Shown here in pieces: positions 35,677 to 47,149 of a DNA stretch of 64,000 bases. How positions within the stretch are numbered: the first letter of the stretch is position 1; each line of letters begins with the position of its first letter. The DNA lies in the NCBI GenBank assembly GCA_002269645.1, contig NIVC01000571.1:186001-250000 (forward strand). Direction: 5' to 3'. The notes beneath the pieces were generated by a model. That model did not search any database. It was not told where the DNA came from and saw only the letters and a program-made list of their open reading frames with translations. The DNA comes from Macrostomum lignano (lineage: Eukaryota). Both the position numbers and the translations under genes were made by a program.

Positions 35677-38600
35677 ATGCAACATACAAAGTGTTTGTAC
35701 TATATTTTACTCTCTGCTGCTCTACTGCAATTTGAATCAGCATATTGTAAGTCAGCGTGCCATAACAGTTAGTTTGAATTTTTATCCATAGGCCTACTGT
35801 AATATTTTAACATAAATCGTCAAATTTAAATAGCAAGCTTTTTATTTGTTTTAATGTTACAAAAATATTTAATGTATTTTTATTGACTTCAAATGCTTTA
35901 TGGCTTTAAATTAATAAAAAGATACTTTTTTACTTTGAATTTAAATTAAAGGCTAAAAAATATAGGCTTGTTAATTTAAGAGTCTATCCAATACTATTGT
36001 AGTGTTTATTTAATAAATATTCCAATTTATAATTCTTTCAGTGGTGAATTCAAGATTCACTGCTGAAGTAACCCTTTTATAAAATATTCAAATAATTTTA
36101 GACTGGGTTTTTAGGCTATATGGGATTTTTTGGCCCCTTGAAAATCTCATTGGAAACTGGATTTTTGGTATCATAGGCCAATTTGGCAACTTCATTTTCC
36201 CCATGCCAGTTGTAGGGACTCCAGTGAGGTTACCGTAAAGCTGATAATTACACGAAAAATCGTAAAATAATGTTTTTTTAAAAATGAAATTGCCATGCAT
36301 AGAAAATGTTTATAGTAAAAACAAAATATACATGTTAAAGAAGAGTTTCTATTCTTTTTAATGAGATAAAGAAACAAAAAATATATACATTGTATGCCGA
36401 GTAATGTCCCACTGAACTTCGTCTTTTTTTTAATACACTCGTTTTGTTGCCAAAAAAAGTGACTTTCGAAAGTTCGTTTTTTTGTTGGAAAGCAAATATT
36501 TTAACAAAATATAACTATTTATTGATACAAACAACTATATTTACAAACATTTTTTGACATTTTGAGCACAAATTTTTTTTCTTTTCTCCCTATTTAGACA
36601 GTATAAAAAAATTAAAGTTGAATAAAAATCGTACCCGTATTTCCGAAGCTTAGTAAAACCCGGAAATGAATGCTACTCCGTAATATGATTACATTAAAAA
36701 AAACCGCACATGTCTATCTACATCCGCCAAAAAGTTATTGAAGCCTGTTTTTTGCCTATCTCTTCAGTGTAAAATAGACGGATAAAACAGAAAATTTAAA
36801 TTTTTTTTCTAGCAGTAATTTCCGAAGACTATTCTTCTACTGCATTTAATAGAGGAACTTATAGGAATTCTTCACAGCACTTTTATATCTTTCCACATAC
36901 ATCCGCCGAGGAGCAGCAGCAATGTTTGCTTTTTAGTAGCGATACTACTTACATACTACTTATATAAAAAGTGGCTTATTATGGCTTTTCTTAACCAAAA
37001 AGAAGACGTTTTACCATTGCAAATTAGTTTTGAAGGCAAAATAATACAAATAAATGTATGCTTTAGCTTATTGAGCTATAGCAATTGCAATCCCAATAAA
37101 TGACCCCTTGAATGCACGTAACCTTGGTCTGCAATTCAAACTCCCATAAAAATGAACTGAATTTCATAAGAAATTGTGTTTTTTCCATTTGTAAGTTTAA
37201 TATTAATAAGCAACTTCACAATATACAATTTTAAGTACAATATATTTTTAAATACTTCTTTACACTTGTTTACAGAAATGTTCATCGGTAACTTTATTCA
37301 CAATATACAATTTTACAATAAGGATAGGCTCAATCAAAAAATATACAAGACAATAGTATCAACAATTATTTACCTATATGTTTTACAGTTAAAAAGCAAA
37401 GCAGACAATATACATTATGTGTGTAAAGACAATAAGCATTAAATATATGCTAACTTCAGTCTTTAGTTGCAGCTACTCAACAAGCAATAATATTGGAAAA
37501 AAAAGAACAAGAGCTTTTAAATAAACCAAAGTACACAAAAAAAACATTTTCATATGTTTTTCATTAAAAAAACAAATCAAACTTTATATATATTCATTAG
37601 TCTAAAAAATATAATCATTCAAAGTTGAAAAATGTGCAATTTTAAGATATGCTATCAAGTTCCAGTAGCAAAAAAGTCACAAAATTGGTGAATTTTTTAA
37701 CCTTTGTCAATATATAGGAAAAATTGGTATAAAAATATATACTTTTATATGTTGTGGAGTAAACAAATAAAAAAGATTTTAGAAAAAGCAATTAACTTTT
37801 AAATAATAGTCATTTGAAATTTTAATTTTGCTCTATTTTTGATATGCATTTTTCACTTTTTAAAAATTCAAATGCAAACCCCAAGAAAGATACATTAGAA
37901 AGAATAAAAACAATTTGTTAATCTTACGTAGAACTGCTTGGTCTTTAAAATGATACCAGACTCAATATTGTATGTTGAATAGCAAAAAAGATATGACAAC
38001 AAAAAGTGAAAAATTTTGTTTTCGTACATCTAGTGGCAACAATCTATATAATGTATTTTTCCTATCTAAAAAACGTAATTTTTTGGGCACAAAAAATGCT
38101 ATAACTTTTTTATTACTCAACCAAATTTAATAAGTGAAGCCATTTTGTGATGCTGTTATTGTCCTCTATCAGATACATATCTGAAAATATATAAATTTTA
38201 AAGTTTCAAAATCTCACTGGAGTCCCTACCAGTTGCCAATTTCAAAAAATGATTTTGTAAATGTAATAAAAGTGCCATATGAATTGATATGATAGAATTG
38301 TTATCTTGTTATTGTTTGTAGCATAGATAGCAATTTTAGAGTTAAAAGAACAAATTTCTGCTTTTCAAGCATAGCCTTGGAAATACCCATCCTTGAGAAT
38401 TTGGCTAGTTGCCAATGGGCAATAGAAAATAGCTATTGGTAACTGGATTTTGAGCCTCAAAGTCAATGGCTAATTGGCAACTGGATTTCCAACCTTAAAA
38501 ACCAGGTTTTAGACCAATAATGCAATATAACAATTAAGTAGAGAAAACTCAAAATCAACATTTTAGTTTTGCCAATGAATTTCAACCACAATCAGTCGAT

Positions 38601-40553
38601 TTCTCTACTTAATTGTTGTTAAGCGAGCAACCCTTCGCAATATCTTTGATACAAAAAACTACTGAAAGTAACTTATTGTGTTGAAACTGAAAGCAGATAT
38701 GAGTATTCTATAATTTATCATACTAGCCACAACAGCAGATTTCAATATATTTATAGTAGATTCACACATTAAGTAGGAGTCGAAAAGTTGAACAATGCTA
38801 TAACTGGGGCTGTGGAGCCAAACAGAAAGATTATCCTATAGCCAGCAGACCATGTAATGCCTAAAGTTAAGCACATATTTAAAGTACATAACGTCCTTTA
38901 AAATGATTCTCCACCTCAACCTGACTGCCAGGCTCCCTGTACGACTTTGTCACCTGCGGCTCTGTGGTGAAGCTGCTCAACATGGACCACAGCGTCCGGC
39001 TGCACTCGCACGAAGTGAAGTACGGCTCTGGCTCCGGCCAGCAGTCTGTGACTGGCGTGGAGTCCAGCGGGGACAGCAACTCCTACTGGAGGGTCCGCGC
39101 CCGCACCGGGGTTGACTGCACCCGCGGCTACCCCGTCAAGTGCGGCAGCACCCTGCGCCTCACCCACGTGGCCACCGGCCGCAACCTGCATAGCCACGTG
39201 TACAGCTCGCCTATCACCAACCTGCAGGAGGTGAGCGACTGCCTGCTGTCAGCACCCTCATCTAACTGCTGTCAGCACCTTCATCTAACTGCTGTCAGCA
39301 CCCTCATCTAACTGCTGTCAGCACCTTCATCTAACTGCTGTCAGCACCCTCATCTAACTGCTGTCAGCACCCTCATCTAACTGCTGTCAGCACCCTCATC
39401 TAACTGCTGTCAGCACCCTCATCTAACTGCTGTCAGCACCCTCATCTAACTGCTGTCAGCACCCTCATCTAACTGCTGTCAGCACCCTCATCTAACTGCT
39501 ATCAGCACCCTCATCTAACTAACTGTCAGCACCCTCATCTAACTGCTGTCAGCACCCTCATCTAACTGCTGTCAGCACCCTCATCTAACTAACTGTCAGC
39601 ACCCTCATCTAACTGCTGTCAGCACCCTCATCTAACTAACTGTCAGCACCCTCATCTAACTGCTGTCAGCACCCTCATCTAACTAACTGTCAGCACCCTC
39701 ATCTAACTGCTGTCAGCACCCTCATCTAACTAACTGTCAGCACCCTCATCTAACTTCTGTCAGCACCCTCATCTAACTGCTGTCAGCACCCTCATCTAAC
39801 TGCTGTCAGCACCATCATCTAACTAACTGTCAGCACCATCATCTAACTGCTGTCAGCACCCTCATCTAACTGCTGTCAGCACCCTCATCTAACTGCTGTC
39901 AGCACCCTCATCTAACTGCTGTCAGCACCCTCATCTAACTGCTGTCAGCACCCTCATCTAACTGCTGTCAGCACCCTCATCTAACTGCTGTCAGCACCCT
40001 CATCTAACTAACTGTCAGCACCCTCATCTAACTAACTGTCAGCACCCTCATCTAACTGCTGTCAGCACCCTCATCTAACTAACTGTCAGCACCCTCATCT
40101 AACTGCTATCAGCACCCTCATCTAACTAATTGTCAGCACCCTCATCTAACTAACTGTCAGCACCCTCATTTATCAGATCAGGCACTGAGCATCCCCCACC
40201 TCTCCCACCCGCACGCATTTCAGGTCTCCGCCTACGGTGAAAACGGCGAAGGCGACCTCGGCGACGACTGGAAGCTGCTGTGCGACAGCGGCGACTCTGC
40301 CGACGGCGGCCTGTGGCGCCGGGACGGCCGAGTGCGCCTGCGGCACGCGGTCACGGAGCAGTACCTGCACGTGGCCGGCCAGCGCTTCGGCCGCCCCATC
40401 GCCGGCCAGGCGGAGGTCAGCGCCGTTGCCTCGCCGCGGCCCGGCAGCCACTGGACGGTGGCCGAGGGCATCTTCGTCAAGCCGAACGAGTCGCCCGCCG
40501 GAGCGGCGGCCAGCAGCGCCCAGAGCGGCTCGCACGACTCCAGCGAGCTGTGA
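35677..40553 (+). CDS. SDF2: Stromal cell-derived factor 2 / SDF2L1 (signal peptide + three MIR motifs), 3 exons, 232 aa
   Basis: Exon 1 is 35677-35746 (signal peptide MQHTKCLYYILLSAALLQFESAY, donor GTAAGT, phase 1). Exon 2 is 38932-39230 (VTCGSVVKLLN..VRLHSHEVKYGSGSGQQSVTG..NSYW..LRLTHVATGRNLHSH). Exon 3 is 40224-40553 (VSAYGENGEGDLGDDW..VRLRH..YL..GRPIAGQAEV..W..AEGIF). Total 699 nt, in frame. Confidence 0.95.
36103..38505 (+). mobile_element. MITE family A, copy 3, split by a nested insertion (SDF2 intron 1)
   Basis: 36103-36212 plus 38229-38505 reconstitute the ~380-bp family A sequence. 8-bp TSD ATTTTAGA (36095-36102) / GTTTTAGA (38506-38513). Confidence 0.85.
36213..38228. mobile_element. 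2016-bp non-autonomous TIR element with 7-bp TSD, nested in MITE A
   Basis: Perfect 16-bp TIR TAGGGACTCCAGTGAG (36213-36228) / CTCACTGGAGTCCCTA (38213-38228). CCAGTTG is duplicated (36206-36212, 38229-38235), while uninterrupted copies 1 and 2 have it once. AT-rich interior with no transposase ORF. Confidence 0.92.
39244..40168. repeat. 23-bp minisatellite, ~40 copies, SDF2 intron 2
   Basis: Unit CTGTCAGCACCCTCATCTAACTG fills almost the entire intron. Confidence 0.97.
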
Positions 40554-41227
40554 GGCCTCGGAAAGCTCGGCAATGTCAATCATCATGCACTACTTTTAGT
40601 AGTTTGTCAGCAAATGCGCTGCGTTGCTGGCTGCTAGTTGGCTGTTGAATCATGTCGTGCAGTTTTGATTGCAGTTCCCAGTAGGCTTACATGTTTCCCT
40701 TGTAATTTCTGCTCTGTTTTTCCTCTTTTCATTTCCCTCTGACTGATCGATAAAAATTAGTGTTATTTAATTTGCCCGCAGCGTACATTTGTGTACATTG
40801 TGCCCGTGCGTGATTTTGCCTAGCCTAAACTTACTTCACAATTATTGTTTCCACACCCAAAGTGCCACACAGTCTGTTGTCTCGCTCGCGGCCGGCTATT
40901 TTGCTTTTGCTTGTCGATTTTCTTTTTCTACGCGGTTTCTGTCATATCGCGACGTGGCTTCGTTTTCTCCGACATCGCAAATTTTGGCCCTCCCTGCAGC
41001 TGCTTTGATTCTGTCTGAAGCTTTGCAACCCCATCTCTAACTGCGTATTCGATTCTCAGATTTTCTGCTTCTAATAGCGACATCACAAGCAATAAAAAGC
41101 AATGACTAACTGTTGCAGAATCTGCTTTCAGCTGACTGGACTGTCAGTTTGTCTCAAAAAACGCATGCTGTCTAATCAACAGTTTCACGGTGGCTATTTT
41201 TTGCGTTCTGGTTCCTTTTTGCACTCT

Positions 41228-42011
41228 AAACTCTGCAGGCAGTTGCTAGTGCTCTAGAGATGTACTTTAAACTCTGCAGACAGTTGCTAGGGCTCTAGAG
41301 ATGTACTTTAAACTCTGCAGACAGTTGCTAGTGCTCTAAAGATGTACTTTAAACTCTGCAGACAGTTGCTAGTGCTCTAGAGATGTACATTAAACTCTGC
41401 AGACAGTTGCTAGTGCTCTAGAGATGTACTTTAAACTCTGCAGACAGTTGCTAGTGCTCTAGAGATGTACTTTAAACTCTGCAGACAGTCGCTAGTGCTC
41501 TAGAGATGTACTTTAAACTCTGCAGACAGTTGCTAGTGCTCTAGAGATGTACTTTAAACTCTGCAGACAGTTGCTAGTGCTCTAGAGATGTACTTTAAAC
41601 TCTGCAGACAGTTGCTAGTGCTCTAGAGATGTACTTTAAACTCTGCAGACAGTTGCTAGTGCTCTAGAGATGTACTTTAAACTCTGCAGACAGTTGCTAG
41701 TGCTCTAGAGATGTACTTTAAACTCTGCAGACAGTTGCTAGTGCTCTAGAGATGTACTTTAAACTCTGCAGACAGTTGCTAGTGCTCTAGAGATGTACTT
41801 TAAACTCTGCAGACAGTTGCTAGTGCTCTAGAGATGTACTTTAAACTCTGCAGACAGTTGCTAGGGCTCTAGAGATGTACTTTAAACTCTGCAGACAGTT
41901 GCTAGTGCTCTAGAGATGTACTTTAAACTCTGCAGACAGTTGCTAGTGCTCTAGAGATGTACATTAAACTCTGCAGACAGTTGCTAGTGCTCTAGAGATG
42001 TACTTTAAACT
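41228..42011. repeat. 41-bp minisatellite, ~19 copies, intergenic
   Basis: Unit AAACTCTGCAGACAGTTGCTAGTGCTCTAGAGATGTACTTT (period 41 at 41761/41802). Confidence 0.96.
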
Positions 42012-42254
42012 AGAATGACAGAATAACCTGAGACTGTAGCGAAAATTGCAAAATTCTTTCTCACCGCGACTGTTTATTTTATAGTCTGTGGCCAAACCAC
42101 CCGAAGGGCCTGCAACGAGTACGAGCGTAGTTGCGGTAAGGATTAAATTGTTATTTAACTGTTGTCTTATTCGCAGTCAGTGCATTTTGTGTGTGGATTT
42201 TCGTTAAGAAACAGATTTGCCAATTCAAACTCATAATCGCTTTTATCGGACACG

Positions 42255-43353
42255 ATGCAGTCCAGGCTCCTGACCGCGGCCTTCATCGTCCTGTCCTGTT
42301 GCTGTGCTGATGTGCTCAACCAGCCGCCGAATCTCCAGTTTGAGTCGCTGTGTAAGACGAATGGGACTATTGGGTTGGAGGTATACCGCTGTACATGTAG
42401 TGTGACTGATGTCTGTCACAGCAGCAGCTGTGTGTGACTGATGCCTGTCACAGCAGCTGTGTGTGACTGAGGTCTGTCACAGCAGCAGTTGTGTGTGACT
42501 GAGGCCTGTCACAGCAGCAGTTGTGTGTGTGACTGATGTCTTGTCACAGCAGCAGCTGTGTGACTGATGCCTGTCACAGCAGCAGCTGTGTGAATCCAAG
42601 CTTATCTCAGTGAATCCCCACCCCCCAGTGCTGTCCGAGAGCGGCTTCGTGAAGGCGCGGTCGGTGTTCTGCCTGCCGGAGAGGTTCATCCGCACGGAGC
42701 CGGCCGCCGGGCCGTACCTGGAGCTGGGCGCCAAGGAGGCCTGCGCCCGCACCTGCTGGCATCGCCCCGACTGCCGCGGCTTCCGTCTGGGCCAGCTGCC
42801 GCCGCTCGGCGTCGTTTGCAAATTCTTCACCTTCGACAGCTGCTCGGAGGAGCTCATCGACACCGACTGCCTGTCCAACGAGGTCATCTGGCTGCGCTGG
42901 AGGCCACGGGCGGACATGAGCCGGCAGTCGCCGCTGTGCCCCATCAGCTTCCAGAGCTACCAGCAGGGCACCGCTCGCTTCCGGCTGGTGTCCGTGGCGG
43001 GTCAGCCTGACGGCTGGCTGGCCGGCCTGCACCGCTGCCGCCACCCGGACGGCATGGTGAAGTTCGCGGACGCGGACACTGTGGAGGAGGCGACCTACCT
43101 GAAGTCGCTGCTGCAGCAAAGCCAGGTGAAGGCGGCCTACCTGAGCGGCTACTTCGGCTTCCAGGAAGGGCAGCTGCGGTGGCTGTGGCAGCCGTGCGGG
43201 GAGGCCATCACGGACTCGGTGCTGCAGTCTGGCCTCGTGACGATGTGGCACAACTTCACCGTGGTGGCCGACCAAGACTGGGACGGCACCGAAGTGAACT
43301 TTGCCATCTGCGAGTGCACCGACCCGTTCCAGGTGCTCGCTGACGAGGCCTGA
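42255..43353 (+). CDS. Secreted protein with PAN/apple-like and degenerate C-type-lectin-like domains, 2 exons, ~273 aa
   Basis: Exon 1 is 42255-42351 (signal peptide MQSRLLTAAFIVLSCCCA, donor GTAAGA, phase 1). Exon 2 is 42629-43353 (an alternative in-frame acceptor lies 18 nt upstream). CARTCWHRPDCRGF..CKFF is PAN-like. CPISF..W..GLHRC..GMVKFADADTVEEATYL..AYLSG..WLW..AICEC is CTLD-like. Domain names are from motif memory. Confidence 0.7.
42405..42595. repeat. ~28-30-bp minisatellite in the intron of the PAN/lectin gene
   Basis: Repeats of GTGTGACTGA(T/G)GCCTGTCACAGCAGCAG. Confidence 0.85.
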
Positions 43354-43479
43354 CAGCCTGCCGCAGGCGTTGTTGGTGGTTGGTGGCGATCTAGCAATGC
43401 TCGAACTGCTGCTGGCGTTTCAAATGTCATTAATAACTGGAAAACTCTGATGATTTTCCTCCGTTTGTTTCGTCTTTGA

Positions 43480-43800
43480 TAATCTACTGGGGGATTAGCG
43501 GAGCTGATAATCTACATGGGATTAGCGGAGCTATATAATAATCTACCTGGGATTAGCACAGCTGATAATCTACATACCTGGAATTAGCGGAGCTGATAAT
43601 CTGCCTGGGATTAGCAAGCAGAAATCCTACCTGGGATTAGCGGAGCTGATAATCTACCTGGGATTAGCGGATCTGATAATCTACCTGGGATTAGCAAGCT
43701 GATAATCTACCTGGGATTTGCGGAGCTGATAATCTACCTGGAATTACCGCAGCTGATAGTCTACCTGTGAGCGGTGCTAATAGTCTACCTGTAAGCGGAG
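43480..43800. repeat. ~27-bp degenerate minisatellite between convergent genes
   Basis: Repeats of CTACCTGGGATTAGCGGAGCTGATAAT. Confidence 0.85.
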
Positions 43801-44037
43801 CTGCCACAAACATTCCAATTTGATGATTTGAAAACTCAAATTTTGCGCAATTTATTAAGAAAAGCACGAGTACAAAGAGAGTTAGAAAATACAAGAGTCA
43901 TGTCTATGTAATCAATCGCTTTATTATGCATGAATTTTTCTGCTCTTAGTTCTCAGTTTCTTGGAATCCTGGCGCCAGCCGCAGTCCTCATGGAGCGCCT
44001 CCACTTGAGATTCCCTCCGTCGCGTCGGTTCGGCCGG

Positions 44038-46556
44038 TCAGCAGCCGCAGCGGGACTTCTGCGGTGAGTCGTCAGCGGCCGCCGTTGAGCTCTGCCGCGA
44101 CGGCTCGCGTTGAAGCTGGAAGCTGCGGTGCTGGTCTGGAAGCTGTAGCGTGTTCCGCCGGAACTGCCGGCAGGCCGCACCGATGCGGTCTCGGAGGAGG
44201 TCAATGCCCTGACCTGAGGGGGGGGGGTGGGTCAGTGATCGAGTGCTGCGGTGGGTCAGGGGTCGAGTGCTGCAGTGGGTCAAAGATCGAGTGCTGCGGT
44301 GGGTCAGGGGTCGAGTGCTGCAGTGGGTCAAAGATCGAGTACTGCGGTGGGTCGGAGATCGAGTGCTGCAGTGGGTCGGGGATCGAGTGCTGCAGTGGGT
44401 CGGGGATCGAGTGCTGCAGTGGGTCGGGGATCGAGTGCTGCAGTGGGTCGGGGATCGAGTGCTGCAGTGGGTCGGGGATTGAGTGCTGCGGTGGGTCGGG
44501 GATCGAGTGCTGCAGTGGGTCAGGGAACGAGTGCTGCAGTGGGTCGAAGATCAAGTGCTGCAGTGGGTCGGGGATTGAGTGCTGCGGTGGGTCGGGGATC
44601 GAGTGCTGCAGTGGGTCAGGGAACGAGTGCTGCAGTGGGTCGAAGATCAAGTGCTGCAGTGGGTCGGGGATCGAGTGCTGCAGTGGGTCGGGGATCGAGT
44701 GCTGCAGTGGGTCGGGGATCGAGTGCTGCAGTGGGTCGGGGATCGAGTGCTGCAGTGGGTCGGGGATCGAGTGCTGCAGTGGGTCGGGGATCGAGTGCTG
44801 CAGTGGGTCGGGGATCGAGTGCTGCAGTGGGTCGGGGATCGAGTGCTGCAGTGGGTCGGGGATCGAGTGCTGCAGTGGGTCGGGGATCGAGTGCTGCAGT
44901 GGGTCGGGGATCGAGTGCTGCAGTGGGTCGGGGATCGAGTGCTGCAGTGGGTCGGGGATCGAGTGCTGCAGTGGGTCGGGGATCGAGTGCTGCAGTGGGT
45001 CGGGGATCGAGTGCTGCAGTGGGTCGGGGATCGAGTGCTGCAGTGGGTCGGGGATCGAGTGCTGCAGTGGGTCGGGGATTTAATGCTCACCCGTCTTAGT
45101 CGAGGTCACCACACTGTAGCAGCACCCCAGCCGCTGCTGGTAGGACTCAATGGAGCTCAGCAGAATCCCGTCAGCGTCTGGTGAGTCTCCCTTGTTGAAC
45201 ACCAGGATCATCTGGGCTGCGGGCACATAGAGGGTTCCGGCATTGGGAGTAATCATTTGAGCACTTGGTTTCCCCTGCTGAGCACTGGCTTCCCCTGCTG
45301 AGCACTGGCTTCCCCTGCTGAGCACTGGCTTCCCCTGCTGAGCACTGGCTTCCCCTGCTGAGCACTGGCTTCCCCTGCTGAGCACTAGCTGGCTTCCCCT
45401 GCTGAGCACTGGCTTCCCCTGCTGAGCACTGGCTTCCCGTGCTGAGCACTGGGCAGCCCTGGCCCTCCCCCACCTGCACCATCGGATGCTGGGCAGCCCT
45501 GGCCCTCCCCCACCTGCACCATCGGATGCTGGGCAGCCCTGGCCCTCCCCCACCTGCACCATCGGATGCTGGGCAGCCCTGGCCCTCCCCCACCTGCACC
45601 ATCGGATGCTGGGCAGCCCTGGCCCTCCCCCACCTGCACCATCGGATGCTGGGCAGCCCTGGCCCTCCCCCACCTGGCCAACGCACCTCGTGGGGCGTAG
45701 AATCCAGCGCTGTCCCGCCAGTTCTGCAGGCTCTGCACCGAGCGGGCATCAGAGGCGTCGGCAACCAACAGCACGCAGGCGGCGTCACGGTAGTAGCTGA
45801 CAGTCAGCGACTTGTTCTCAAAGCGCTCCATGTCGCAGGTGTCCATGAGCTGGATCTGCGGGATCCGGGATGTGCTGGGAGGTCAAAAAATATTCACAGC
45901 CCTTGAAAGGTCAAAAGGACAATGTACACAGGCACGCACTCATGTACACGATCACGCAGGGTGTACAGCAGCTCTGACACTCTAATCGTCAGGCATGCAC
46001 ATTCTCTGATCCTGGGGGGGGGGTTCGGCATCGCGGGTTTGAATCGCACAATGACAACCCGGCCAACCTCTAGCTCACCCATGCGAACCTACAGCTCACC
46101 CCTGCGAACCTACAGCTCACCTCTGCGAACCTACAGCTCACCCCCGCGAACCTACAGCTCACCCATGCGAACCTACAGCTCACCCATGCGAACCTACAGC
46201 TCACCCCCGCGAACCTACAGCTCACCCCCGCGAACCTACAGCTCACCCATGCGAACCAACAGCTCACCCCTGCGAACCTACAGCTCACCCCCGCGAACCT
46301 ACAGCTCACCCCTGCGAACCTACAGCTCACCCCTGCGAACCTACAGCTCACCCCTGCGAACCTACAGCTCACTCAGCACTCCCAGCCAGCTCACTCTGGT
46401 TCCATTCTGCAGCCGCAGCACTGCGGAGCCCCTGTTAGTCCCGGGCGCAGTGCCGGTGAGCCGGTGGAACAGGCTGGTTTTGCCCACCCCGAAGTTGCCG
46501 GCGAGCACGGCGGTGTCGCGCCGCACCGGGATGGTGTCCGCCTGGTCCGCCGCCAT
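44038..46556 (-). CDS. Divergent Rab-like small GTPase, 4 exons, 210 aa, C-terminal CxC
   Basis: Exons 46556-46395, 45855-45687, 45216-45091 and 44213-44038, all GT-AG and phase-consistent (633 nt). G1 GNFGVGKT, G3 region IQLMDTCDMERF..SYYRDAACVLLVAD, G4 FNKGD, G5 TSTKTGQGI, ending SRCGC*. Confidence 0.88.
44236..45080. repeat. 24-bp minisatellite, ~35 copies, Rab intron 3
   Basis: Unit GATCGAGTGCTGCAGTGGGTCGGG. Confidence 0.97.
45260..45675. repeat. Two abutting minisatellites (20-bp then 40-bp) in Rab intron 2
   Basis: AGCACTGGCTTCCCCTGCTG at ~45260-45450, then CTGGGCAGCCCTGGCCCTCCCCCACCTGCACCATCGGATG at ~45450-45675. Confidence 0.93.
46070..46372. repeat. 21-bp minisatellite, ~14 copies, Rab intron 1
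   Basis: Unit CGAACCTACAGCTCACCCCTG, which reads CAGGGGTGAGCTGTAGGTTCG on the gene strand. Confidence 0.95.
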
Positions 46557-47149
46557 GGAGCCGAATGAAGCGAGAGGCCCGCAGTGGTTTTGGCACAGCT
46601 GTGGCTCTCCTTTGCTGCAGGGTTTGCTGCTGCGGAGCAATCTGTGCTGCAGATCTCGCGTCAGTTTATCTGCTTTTCATGCGGCCCTTTATCAGCTGGC
46701 CTGTGCCCCTGGCTTTGGCAGGGCAAGTGTTTCTGCCACATTTTGTGATAACACTTCGGAGCCAGCCGAGGACCGCTAAATTAGCCAGATTTTGGATTGG
46801 AAACCAACTGGCAGTCCTCGCTTAGGCAAATTAGCAGCCTCCGTTCTTCCGTGACTTCCGTGATTTATACTTGGGAACATTTAACCCGGAGTGAAGGTGA
46901 ACTCGGGGGATCGGAGTGAACTTGAAGGTTCCCGAGTGAACTGAGGATCAGGAGTGAACTTGAAGGGTCCCTTCAAAATTTGTCAAGGTTTTAACCTGTT
47001 AAATATACATGTATACATACTTAAATTGCAACTGATCCAGTTATGAGTATTTAAAATTAAGCTGCAATGAAAAAACCGGTCTTTGAAAAATTTGCTTTTC
47101 CTACGAGTGGTACGGTAACTTCTATTTGTCCTTGAAGTAAACTCGGAGG

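Noticed and set aside
44064-45184. Cys-rich CCSGSGIE, SSAAVGRG and VLQWVGDR repeat ORFs (metallothionein- or keratin-associated-like)
   Set aside because: All derive from the 24-bp array in Rab intron 3, on the antisense strand.
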